Assembly (NCBI GenBank): GCA_951406725.2
Contig: OX597815.1
Location: forward strand, 188,170,001-188,234,000
Direction: 5' to 3'
Length of the DNA: 64,000 nucleotides
DNA from: Octopus vulgaris
Taxonomy: Eukaryota
Below are positions 24,831-36,102 of this stretch, in pieces; the stretch's first letter is position 1, and each line of letters starts with the position of its first letter. A model generated the notes under the pieces. The model had not been told where the DNA came from and did not search any database. It saw only the letters and a program-made list of their open reading frames with translations. A program made the position numbers and the translations under genes.

Positions 24831-25232
24831 TAGGTGCAGCTGTGGCTGTGTGGTAAGTAGCTTGCTTATCAACCACATGGTTCCGGTTTCAGTCCCACTG
24901 CATGGCACCTTGGGCAAGTGTCTTCTTTTATAACCTTGGGCCAACCAAAGCCTTCTGAGTGAATTTTGTAGACAGAAATTGAAAGAAGCCAGTTATATGT
25001 GTGTGTGTGTGTTTGTGTGTCCGTGTTTGTCCCCTCATCATCACTTGACCAGCGATACCGGTGTGTTTACATCCCCGTAACTTAGTGGTTCAGCAAAAGA
25101 GACTGATAGAATAAGTACTAGGCTTACAAAGAATAAGTTCCTGGGGTTGATTTGTTTGATTAAAAGCAGTGCTCCAACATGGCCATAGTGAAATGACTGA
25201 AACAAGGAAAAGAATAAAAGAATAAAAAAATA
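24831..25232 (+). mobile_element. SINE family A
   Basis: Full-length, diverged copy. Confidence 0.85.
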
Positions 25233-25356
25233 AAACTGTAGCTATACAGGTTCTATTTGAATGAAAATTCAGAATAATCTTTCTTCTTTTGACACAAGGT
25301 CAGAAATTTGTGAGGAGGGGTGTCAATGCTCAACTGGCATCTTAATATGAATTATA

Positions 25357-25797
25357 GGGCAGCGAGCTGGCAAAAACATTAGCATGCTGGGTGAAATGCT
25401 TAGTGGTACTTCATCTGCTGGTACATTCTGAGTTCAAATTCCACTGAGGTCGACTCTGCCTTTCATCCTTTCAGGGTCGATTAAATAAGTACCAGTTACA
25501 CACTGGAGTCGATGTAATCGACTTAATCCCTTGTTTGTCCCCTCTATGTTTAGCCCCCTGTGGGCAATAAAGAAATAAATATTAACTATAAGGGTTTCAA
25601 ATTTTGGCACAATGCCAAAAATTTTAGGGGAAGGGGTTAAGTCAATCACATCACCCACAGTGCTCAACTAGTACCTATTTTAACGACCCTGAAAGGATGA
25701 AAGGTAAAGTTGACCTTTGTAGAATTTGAACTCAGACTGTAAAGATGGACAAAATGGCACTACGCATTTTGTTCAGTGTGCTAATGATTCTGCCATC
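25357..25797. mobile_element. Two SINE B copies tail-to-tail (+ 25357-25580, - 25595-25797)
   Basis: B head and body in both orientations. Confidence 0.8.
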
Positions 25798-26075
25798 ATG
25801 TTTCCTTCATAAATAAAGTATTATTACCATTATTAAAATAATAATAATAATAAAGTGGCCAGCAAGTTTAACCTAAATTGGTAAAATATACAAATAAGAT
25901 AGGGTACCGAAATACCACTTGCTAGAAATAGGAGTTAATAATTCTCCAAAACAACAAATTTCTCTGTATTAAGAAACATGCACAGCGAATGTAACAGACA
26001 TAACAGAAATAGGCCTTGCCTTGTATAAACCACATATATATGTGTGCGTGTGTGTGTGTGTGTGTTTGCATATAT

Positions 26076-26307
26076 ATATTTCTTTATTGCCCACAGGGGG
26101 CTAAACATAGAGGGGACAAACAAGTTGAGACAAAGGGATTAAGTCAATTACATTGACCCCAGTAATTAACTGGTACTTATTTAATCAACATCGAAAGGAT
26201 GAAAGGCAAAGTCGACCTCAGCGGAATTTGAACTCAGAGCGTAACGGCAGATGAAATACAACTAGGCATTTCGCCCAGCATGCTAACGTTTCTGCCAGCT
26301 GGCCACC

Positions 26308-26308
<1 letters not shown>
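26076..26308 (-). mobile_element. SINE family B
   Basis: Monomeric B. Confidence 0.85.
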
Positions 26309-26385
<77 letters not shown>

Positions 26386-26387
<2 letters not shown>

Positions 26388-26511
26388 CTGTAGAAACATT
26401 GCCAGATTAGACTGGAGCCTGGTGCAGCCTTCTGGCTTCCCAGAACCCGGTCGAACCGTCCAACCCATGCTAGCATGGAGAACGGACGTTAAACGATGAT
26501 GGTGATGATGA

Positions 26512-26514
<3 letters not shown>
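26386..26514 (+). mobile_element. Family D truncated 3' end
   Basis: agctgtagaaac...ggacgttaaacgatgatg, lying between (TA)n tracts. Confidence 0.8.
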
Positions 26515-26545
<31 letters not shown>

Positions 26546-26552
26546 CACATAT

Positions 26553-26583
<31 letters not shown>

Positions 26584-26667
26584 CATATATGTAGATATTT
26601 TTTTTTTTAGAAAGACAAATCTGGGGAAGAAGTACACTCTAAGAAGTAGAGTGTGCTTCTCTATCAA

Positions 26668-26843
26668 TTATTGAAGGCCAGTTTATAGGGTTGCCCTGGG
26701 TTTCTTGCCTTAAAGGTTACTTTTATGGTGTATCTTCAGACCCTAAGACCTGTTGGCCTATGGCCTCTCTAAAATAGGGAGGGGGAAGCAGTACTCTTTA
26801 TAGGAAGAGACCCAAGGTAACCCTATAAACCAGTTTTCACTAA
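26668..26843. repeat. Fold-back inverted repeat abutting (TA)n
   Basis: ttattgaaggccagtttatagggttgccctgggtttctt pairs with aagagacccaaggtaaccctataaaccagttttcactaa; small hairpin gaagtacactcta/tagagtgtgcttc just upstream. Confidence 0.75.
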
Positions 26844-26874
26844 TATATATATATATATATATATATATGTATAA

Positions 26875-27087
26875 TTTCTATTAAAAGCACAAGGCCTGAA
26901 ATCTTGGTGGGAGGGGACTAATTGATTACATCAACCCCAGTGTTTCACTGGTACTTAATTTATCGACCCTGAAAGGATGAAAGGCAAAGTCGACCTCTGT
27001 GAGATTTGAACTCAGAACACGAAGACAGATGAAATACCACTAAGCATTTTGTCCAGTCTCTAAACAATTCTGCCATCCTACCACCTT
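26875..27087 (-). mobile_element. SINE family B, variant tail
   Basis: B body with the aggcctgaaat tail. Confidence 0.8.
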
Positions 27088-27513
27088 CAATGATAATAAC
27101 TATAATGAAGTCATCAGTTTGTTAGGAATGTCCACAGTCACTAGGATAATGTTTGTATTATAAAATCACGTGTACAACATATATGGGATTTCCCTTAAGG
27201 AAAAATGCTGGTTTGTTTCTAATAATTGCTCTCCACAATATAAAATCAAATATTCTAGGTCAACTTCTATTGAAACTGTTTAAGTTGTAACATCTTCTAC
27301 AGCTTTGAGGGAAGAGTGTCTATGGCTGAAAAGACCCAAAGGTCAAAACCTTCAGATGTTTGACAGTTTCTTGGCTAAGTGTTGCTTGTAACTTTGCTTT
27401 CATGTGCACACATTGTGTGTGCGTGTTTGCATGAGAATTTGTATATTCACGTTTGTGGCTACACGCATATTATTACGTGTAGATTTACACAAAATATATA
27501 CACATACATAAAG

Positions 27514-27837
27514 GAGCACTGCATTGGTTATGATGACTAGGGTTCCAGTTGATACGATCAATGGAACAGCTTGCTTGTGAAATTAACGTGCAAGTGGCTG
27601 AGCACTCCACAGACACATGTACCCCTAACGTAGTTCTCGGGGAGATTCAGCATGACACAGAGTGTGATAAGGCCAACCCTTTGAAATACAGGTACAATTC
27701 ATTTTTGCCAGTTGAGTGGACTGGAGCAATGCAAAATAAAGTGTCTTGCTCAAGGACACAATGTGCCACTGGGAATTTGAACTCACAACCTTACAATCAT
27801 GAGCCAAATGCCCTAACCACTAAGCCACGCACCTTCA
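27514..27837 (-). mobile_element. SINE family E
   Basis: tRNA head, CORE-like domain and common E tail. Confidence 0.85.
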
Positions 27838-27899
27838 CATTACACATATATTAATTAACATTTGAGAAGATTTATATATTTTTGTTTCAAATGAGCCTT

Positions 27900-28081
27900 T
27901 GGACATGATTGGGGAAGATCTTCAGAGGCCGAATGTCACCTCGGAGGATGTGGAGGGGCTGGCATGAAATTGCCAGTGATGGGGAGCACTGGTGAATCTG
28001 GTAGGCTCCACATGTGATGACATCTCTGGGGCCCGCTAGCCTGGGATGACCTCAACCTCTTCAAGCAACAGCATGAAGCAG

Positions 28082-28082
<1 letters not shown>
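27900..28082 (+). pseudogene. RTE-like ORF2 extreme C-terminus remnant
   Basis: Translates DMIGEDLQRPNVTSEDVEGLA*NCQ*WGALV, resembling D.I.EDL...A.NR..WR.LV. Confidence 0.4.
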
Positions 28083-28122
<40 letters not shown>

Positions 28123-28137
28123 AATTAATTTACAAAG

Positions 28138-28449
28138 GTGTCATTAATTCTATTATTATCCAATGTAACAATTTAAAAAAATGATAATAACAGAATCAAT
28201 GACACAGGCTATAAAATAGCATTAAATAGCCGATGGATTAAAAATAATCAAAGGACATACTAGGTATGCAACCTAAATAACAGTCAAAACTCTCATTAAA
28301 TCGCAAAATACACTGATGAAAACTAAGAAATCAAACCTGATTTTGCCTTTGTTTGATTTCTGTAGTTTTCATCGGTGTATTTTTGGCGATTTAATAAGAG
28401 TTTTGACTGTTATTTAAGCAGTTGACATACCTAGTATATCCTTTAATTA
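28138..28449. repeat. Double-hairpin module between (TA)n tracts
   Basis: Arms of about 23 bp at 28138-28205; arms of about 90-100 bp at 28245-28336 and 28351-28449. Confidence 0.85.
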
Positions 28450-28470
28450 ATTATATATATATATATGTAT

Positions 28471-28708
28471 ATATAAAATTTAAAGGACAGACCACTCAAA
28501 AGTGGACAGTCAATATGCTAGATATAGACATCAAAATATTTTCCACGAAGAATGTGTTCTCAAGAAAAACTCAGCAAAAAGTGTACACTTTGGTTTTTTG
28601 CTGAGTTTTTTCTTGAGAACACATTCTTCGTGGAAAATAGTGATTTTGACGTCTATATCTAGCATATTCACTGTCCACTTTTAGTGGTCAGTCCTTTAAA
28701 TTTTGTAT
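28471..28708. repeat. Fold-back with arms of about 110 bp
   Basis: aaaatttaaaggacagaccactcaaaagtggacagtcaatatgctagatatagac... recurs as its reverse complement at 28595-28708. Confidence 0.9.
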
Positions 28709-28818
28709 GTAAAAAATATTTTTAATCTTCGGATTTTTAAATATGCTAGGCCACTGGTTTTAATTGATTAATATCAATTTCTACCCTTATTCAATTTTAT
28801 ATATATATATATATATAT

Positions 28819-29015
28819 AAACAGTAAACACATAAATGTGAAACAAGGTGAAAAAAAGAGTACTCAAATACCAGTGGTAGAGTAATATGCTTTATTTAAA
28901 GCAGCAGAAAATTCGACAAAACCTGTTACTCTGAGTTTCACGTTGCCGTTCATCGGACAGTGAAACTCAAAGTAACAGGTTTTGTTGAATTTTCTGGTGC
29001 TTTAAATAAAGTATA
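28819..29015 (-). mobile_element. (TA)n-flanked PLE-pLTR-like element with an inverted partial copy
   Basis: Arms at 28886-28941 and 28960-29015; a hammerhead fold spans the arm-loop junction. Confidence 0.7.
28923..28960 (-). ncRNA. Minimal type I hammerhead ribozyme, U4C variant
   Basis: Minus strand reads ctgt-CCGATGA-acg(gcaa)cgt-GAAA-ctcagag-TA-acag: GNRA-capped stem II, near-palindromic stem III, GUA triplet. Confidence 0.7.
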
Positions 29016-29099
29016 TATATATATATATATATATAAAATTCACAGAATGAGATAAAAATCAAAAGCTGTGAAAGATTTCAGAATATCTATAAAGAAAGG

Positions 29100-29147
29100 G
29101 TCTTACAGCTGTTTCCAGGATATTATATATATCCCTTTATCAGAGAC
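29100..29147 (-). ncRNA. Minimal type I hammerhead ribozyme, G8A, probably inactive
   Basis: Minus strand reads gtct-CTGATAA-a-gggatat(atata)atatcct-g-GAAA-cagctg-TA-agac; palindromic stem III. Confidence 0.65.
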
Positions 29148-29287
29148 AGTGCCAGAAAATGGTTAAGCAATATCCTTATGTATCTCACGTCTATTTTCAT
29201 TCCTCCACTTCACTCTGTATTTCATATCTTCTCTATTATAACTATTACTTAAACATTTTCAATTGGGTTGATAGATGTTGTGATAAA

Positions 29288-29770
29288 ATCATCATCATCA
29301 TTGTTCGACCGTGGTCGAGACAATGGAATTTACCATGCTATGCCAGACTTCACGGTCCATCATGGCATTACGGAGGTCCTGTTGCTGGATGCCTGTATCC
29401 CTGGAGATTACATCAGGGTAGGAGAGTGTGCACCCTCTGGTATTGCGAGCAGATGGCTTCCAGAGGAGAAGAGTAGAAATTATCTCTTTTTCAGCTCTAC
29501 AACAATGTCCAGCAAACTGGACTCTCCTACCTTTCATAAGAGATGACACATGTGGTAGTTTCCCATATATTTGCATTTTGGTTGGATGGCGCTTCCACGA
29601 GAGATTTTGAGCTCTCATAAGGAGGTGAGTGTAGGTTCCATCCAATCGCCTCTCAAGCTTCTTTGATAACGTCCAGGTTTCTGAGCCACATAGTAGAATT
29701 GGTTCGACTGTGGCTTTGAAGATTTCAAGTTTGAAGTCTCTACTTAGATTTAATGACCAGAGCTTATGCA
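29288..29770 (-). pseudogene. 5'-truncated RTE/RTEX-clade LINE: ORF2 C-terminus plus (TGA)n tail
   Basis: Open frame KLW...KLEIFKATVEPILLCGSETWTL...RRVQFAGHCCR...MMDREVW..., with the stop running directly into tgatgatgat. Confidence 0.85.
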
Positions 29771-29971
29771 TACAGATAACATACAGATGTTCAGAGGATA
29801 TACTCTGCATGTAATTGAAAGGACCAGCCTTGTCACACTCTGCCAAGTTAATTCTTTGCAGTCAGAATTAAAGGTTTCAATGCCTATGGAATATTCAACT
29901 ACTTATACTCTAATTGAATGAGGCAGTAGTTCAATTGGTCAAAACAGCCAGAAACCAACAGAGGGTTAATT

Positions 29972-30196
29972 ACTCTTTACTCTTTACTCTTTTACTTGTT
30001 TCAGTCATTTGACTGTGGCCATGCTGGAGCACCACCTTTAATCGAGCAACTCGACCCTGGGACTTATTTTTTGTAAGCCTAGTACTTATTCTATCGGTCT
30101 CTTTTTGCCGAACCGCTAAGTGACGGGGACATAGACACACCAGCATCGGTTGTCAAGCAATGCTAGGGGGACAAACACAGACACACAAACACACAC

Positions 30197-30227
<31 letters not shown>

Positions 30228-30399
30228 CATATATACGACGGGCTTCTTTCAGTTTCCGTCTACCAAATCCACTCACAAGGCTTTGGTCAGCCCGAGGCTA
30301 TAGTAGAAGACACTTGCCCAAGGTGCCACGCAGTGGGACTGAACCCGGAACCATGTGGTTGGTAAGCAAGCTACTTACCACACAGCCACTCCTGCTCCT
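29972..30399 (-). mobile_element. SINE family A
   Basis: Full-length, near-consensus copy. Confidence 0.9.
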
Positions 30400-31354
30400 A
30401 ATTATTTTATTTATTTACTTTCTTTTATGTGTCTACATTTTAAAAATGATCAATAAATGTGAAGGTAATCCCACATGGAAATTACACATGAGGAACAGTA
30501 GATTTTATTGGTCAGAATCTAAGACTAAAAAAAAAAATAATAATAAAAGTTAAAATTAAAATCAAATAAAAATTATCAGTGAACTGTACAGTTTTTGTTT
30601 CGTTGTATTTTGTTTTGTGAACATTCAAAAATAAAATAAAAAAAAAATTTAGAAAGCGAAAGTAAAAATCTTCATAAAAGTTCATGCAGTTTAGGCTAGA
30701 TTAATGTTTAAAATGTTTGCCTCAGTTGTTAACATTTAAATTTCAACAATATTTAATATCATATTTATCTCTCGGCTAAGTTAAAAAATCAGTATCGTGT
30801 GTACAAGTTTCTTTTCATGCCTCAAATATTAGAACTGTATGTTTTAATATCATATTTAACTGTTGGCTAGATTTAAAAAAAAAAAATCTGTTATCATGGG
30901 TATAAAGTTCTTTATAAGCTACAACTATTAGAATGGTATATTTGCTAACTACATCATTTCACCATCTGGCACAAATCCATTTCAATGCTTACTGGATATA
31001 AGAAGATTAAAAATTAGTGGTGCTAATTTCCTGCTTTATTTAACCTTCACTCTTAAAAAAAAAGGGAAAGCATATAATTTAGGATATTATTTTTTAAAAT
31101 TCTATGTAGATGTAAAATAATATGTGCTACTGTCAATGGTAAAGAGAAATTTTGTTAATGTCAACTAAAACTATTTAGTTGTGTCTGGGAATGGATATTG
31201 AACCAGTGTGTGTGTTTATTATTCTTATTGGTGTAATGACCTTCCCAAGACACACCAAGATTTGTTTGAACACATGAATTCACATCAGGAACCTTGCAAA
31301 CCAAATACAAAAAGGAAGTAATTATTTTGTTCTTTGTGGAATAAGGTGTTGTAA

Positions 31355-31896
31355 CCCTTTGGCATTCAGATTACTCTGTTAAATGTAATATTCTTTAATT
31401 CACATTGTCATGAATTAGTCTCATAGGTCAAGTATTATGATGATGTGATTGCTTATTTAAAGAATAACAGTGTAGGATAAGTGTGAAAGGCAGGATCTGG
31501 CTAGTTTGAATGCAAAATGTGGAATATTTAGACCAAATATGACCAATTTCAAGGCGCAATGGCCCAGTGATTAGGGCAGCGGACTCGCGGTCGTAGGATC
31601 GCGGTTTCGATTCCCAGATCGGGCGTTGTGAGTGTTTATTGAGCGAAAACACCTTAAAAGCTCCACAAGGCTCCGGCAGGGGGTGGTGATCCCTGCTGTA
31701 CTCTTTCACCACTCTTTCTTTCACTCTTTCTTCTGTAAGCCTGCTCGCTTAGCCAGCGGGGTGGCGTAATTCGAAGGCTAAAACAATGCGAATGAATTGT
31801 GACCAGCGATGTGTAACAACATCTGATGGTCTGGTCGGTTACGTGATCATCATGTAACGGTTACGTTATGTGATGACCAATTTAAATGCTAAAGGG
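31355..31896. mobile_element. piggyBac-type MITE interrupted by SINE C
   Basis: CCCTTTGGCATT...AATGCTAAAGGG; homologous to 8762-8982. Confidence 0.7.
31550..31872 (+). mobile_element. SINE family C, 11-bp TSD
   Basis: atgaccaattt at 31539-31549 and 31873-31883; same tail as 11609-11913. Confidence 0.9.
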
Positions 31897-32752
31897 TTTA
31901 GCATTTAGAGACATACTGCTTAAAATGGTTGTTGTATAGTTGTGTTTCTTGGTGTATCTTATAAAGATTCATATGATTGTTGAGCAGGGCTGCCTATACT
32001 GTTCTATAGGCCTCCAAGCAAAGTTAAGCAAAAGGGCCTCCTATAAACACAATCAGAGCATACAAGCATGGGCATTGGGTTTCAAGAACCGCTGGGCAAC
32101 TATCCTATATAACCTTGCCTTTAGGTGGCACTGTTGTCAAGAAGATGATATTTTTTGATTTTCTGTATGTTAATGGATTTCTGTATATTTACTGCATGAG
32201 ATATTAAAAAAAGATCTTAGCTGAGTGGGAGAGGAAACCCTTACATATAAATAAAATTTCACCCATATATAAATTTGCACCCACCTACTGACAAAGTTTC
32301 TAAAATAACATGAGAACAAAAAAAAAATGTTCTAGAATTATGAACAAAACAGTAATTTAATATAAGTTACATATTTATGAAATTGTAAAATTAAAGATTT
32401 GCTATTTTTGTCATCCCAGATGTGTCTCTGCTACTCCATAAGTTCTTATGCTCTTTTGATATCCCCCTGGTGTAAGAGGCATACTTTGTTTAGATAAACT
32501 GATGATGGCTGCAAGATCCAAAAACGACATCCTGCAGAGGGCAATTGAATAGATGAATGTTTATAATAAATGCCTGCTTGTATAAGAGATTTTTAAAATG
32601 CCTAAACTGCTTTTGAATTAATATGTCATTAAATTAGTATCTTTCTGGCTCTTTTAATGTTAATAAATATCCTTTCTGTTTTCTTCTTTTTGCTTCTTTA
32701 GCAGCTAAATATAATGATTCTTAAGCTATTTATTACGAGTTCTAAAGTGAAA

Positions 32753-33389
32753 TACGAGGGGGTACTAAAAAGTTCCTGGCTTTAAGGGTATTGTGAAAGA
32801 TCTGGTTGGAAGGCCCAAGCTGCCGAGTTCTTTGACAGGGCTTAGGAAAAGTGAAGGACCACTGCAATAAGTGTGTGAATCCGAGAGGGGAATATCTCTC
32901 TTTTATTTGTTTCAGTCATTTGACACTGGCCATGCTGGAGCACCACCTTTAGTTGAGCAAAACCCCAGAACTTATTCTTTGTAAGCCTAGTACTTATTCT
33001 ATTGGTTTCTTTTGTTGAACCACTAAGTTACAGGGATGTAAACACACCAGCATCGGTTGTCAAGCAATGTTGGTGGGGGGTGGTGGCAAGCACAGACACA
33101 AACATATACACACGCAAAAAAAAATACATAAATATATATACATATATACGACAGGCTTTTTTCAGTTTCCGTCTACCAAATCTACTCACAAGGATTTGGT
33201 TGGCCCAAGGCCATAGTAGAAGACACTTGCCCAAGGTGCCTTGCAGTGAGACTGAACCCAGAACCGTGTGGTTCGTAAGCAAGCTACTTACCACACAGCC
33301 ACTCCTATGCCTAATATGTTAAATAAAATCATAATCTTCCTGTTTTTTTGTTTAACCAAAGCCAGGAACTTTTCAGCACTCCCTACGTA
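32753..33389 (+). mobile_element. Internally deleted mariner (MITE) interrupted by SINE A
   Basis: TA-cgagggggtactaaaaagttcctggctt ... aagccaggaacttttcagcactccctacg-TA. Retains a transposase C-terminal remnant, clearest in the uninterrupted copy at 57366-57567. Confidence 0.75.
32896..33312 (-). mobile_element. SINE family A nested in the mariner MITE
   Basis: aatat on both sides; the empty site is seen in the 57366 copy. Confidence 0.85.
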
Positions 33390-33705
33390 GGACAGGCATC
33401 ACATACTGGCTCATAATCAAATACAGATCCTAATTACAAGGTTACAGGAGATAATTGGAAACACTGAACTGAGACTGAATACTGGGACAGTTTCCTGATG
33501 CCTTCTTCAGATTCTTAGGAGGGCTTCAAGTTAAACACCATAATAATAATAAAACACTTGCTAATTATACTGTTAATTATATATTAGTGCAATTATTTGC
33601 ATTGGTAGATTCCTCTTTAAATTACTGGACTATTGCGGAGCCTGGAGGACAAAACTGGCTAGAAATAAAAATTTTAGTCATAAACACAGCTGTTATGTCA
33701 GTGAA

Positions 33706-33920
33706 GGAGCGTTTTTATAGTCACTTGACATGCTATAAATAGCAGCCAAATCTTCCTCAGATCACAACTCTCCCTACCACCTTGTAACAAGAAGACATTG
33801 ACAAATGTGGTCCTGGATGCAAGATTCCTGGAAACAAGACGGGAGTGCCATGGTTAGAATGCCTTTGATCATAGGTCTACTTGATCATGATTGACCTTGG
33901 ATTAGACGACAACAACAACA
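33706..33920 (+). mobile_element. Old dispersed repeat F with (CAA)n tail
   Basis: aatagcagccaaat...catggttagaatgcctttgatcataggtc...gaccttggattagacgacaacaac; related diverged pieces near 9700-9770, 22155-22205, 47760-47850 and 62305-62370. Confidence 0.45.
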
Positions 33921-34007
33921 GGAAAAACCTTGCAAGGTAATAAGGTCTGAGAATGCATCATCATACCTTTCAGCTTGGTCAGATAAATATCTTGTACAGC
34001 GATCAAT

Positions 34008-34400
<393 letters not shown>

Positions 34401-34943
34401 GAGGCACATGTATAGGACTGACTTATTTCAGTTTTCAGTTTCTGCCTACCACCAAATCCACTTATAAGGCTTTAGTTTTCCTGGGATTTTTGTCGTGGAC
34501 TTGCCCAATGATTGAACTCAGTACTATGTGATTGGAAAGCAAACTTCTTAACCACGCATATGTATGTATGCATGTACGCGCGCATGTGTGTGCTTAGCTT
34601 AGCATCTTGTACCATTTGTTGGAAGTGTCAATGCAGTCATATGTTGACTTAGATACCCTTTTAGTTCTCCTGCCCTTAACCCAACGAAACAACCAGGATG
34701 TGACAGCATAAGAGAGAGAGAGAGAGAGATAGAGAGAGAAAGCTGTACCAGCACTGAGATGGTTCTTGTTTACAGCTGAGTAGACTGGAGTAACACGAAA
34801 TAAAGTTTTCTTGCTCAAGGACACAATGTACAACCCAGTCCAAGAATTGAATCCATTAACCTTATGATCATGAGCCCAATACTTTAAACCACTAAGCCAC
34901 AGTCCCTCAGTCCCACCACCACTACCACCATGATACAGATACC

Positions 34944-35236
34944 TATTTCTTTACTACCCACAAAGAGCTAAACACAGAGGGGACAAACAAGGACAGACAA
35001 ACGGATTAAGTCGATTATATCGACCCCAGTGCGTAACTGGAACTTATTTAATCAACCCCGAAAGGATGAAAGGTAAAGTCAACCTCGGCGACCTCAGAAC
35101 GTAACAGACCTCAGAATGTAACAGACCTCAGAACGGCGACCTCAGAAGGTAAAGTCGACCTCAGAACGTAACAGCAGATGAAATACCACTAAGCATTTTG
35201 CCCGGCATGCTAACGGTTCTGCCAGCTCGCCGCCGT
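34944..35236 (-). mobile_element. SINE family B with 16-bp TSD and internal microduplications
   Basis: ccatgatacagatacc at 34928-34943 and 35237-35252. Confidence 0.85.
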
Positions 35237-36102
35237 CCATGATACAGATACCAATCAGACTTAAATACTCATATATTCATAGTAGAGAACACAAGGCATT
35301 TGACATGAATTCTGTTCATTTCATATTCCTGCTCTATTTATAAACTATTTACTTTCTAATTTAAACAACATTTATTTTGATCAAACTCTGTTTGACTGTA
35401 TTTTATTAAAAGGTTCACTATGTGTAATATATCACTGAACTTAGTCACTATCAAAACTAATATCTTCAACTTAAAAATGCTATTTTTGATGTCCTGTATT
35501 CATCTAAATTTCAAGAAGGCAGCAGAAAATTTAGAATTTTTACTTTTATCTTTGCGGATGTAATTGTTTCTGTCATGTAATGTTGCATTTTGTATAATGT
35601 ACAGTGTTATTTTGTTCTTAACTCTGCCAAATAGCAAAAACAAAACAACAAAAGCTATAAACACAATTATGTATAAAAAAAACCCCCAAAATGTGTGAAA
35701 AAAAAAAACCCAACAAAAAACACCTCCAAAACAAAACATTTCTACAAAATAAATTCTGCTTCAAGTTAAATTATTTTACTGATATTTACTGATATGGATA
35801 TGTTTCCAGTTTGCTTTCGTTCAGCTATAAAACAAACTAAAATAAAGGGAAAACAAACTGTTTTTCCTTTACTGTGCCTTTCGTGACTATATTTCTGATA
35901 AGATTACTGTCTTTGTATATTTCAGATAATTTTTGAAATAACTGAAAATTTACAGGGTTTTAGTAAAATATATGCAATGGTTTTATTTATTGGTATATAG
36001 ATACATGCAAGCATGGATGTATGGTTAAGAAGTTTGCTTTGCAGCTATATGGTTTGGGGTTCGGTTCTGCTGTGTGACACCTTGGCTGACCTGGGCCAAC
36101 TA

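Noticed and set aside
28313-28345. CTGATGA...GAAA inside the large hairpin
   Set aside because: No stem II or stem I pairing, so not called a hammerhead.
32499-32535. CTGATGA followed by a weak stem
   Set aside because: Lacks GAAA and stem I.
35090-35173. CRISPR-like repeat-spacer pattern
   Set aside because: Repeats are 10 bp, spacers are copied from local SINE sequence, the context is eukaryotic and there are no cas genes.
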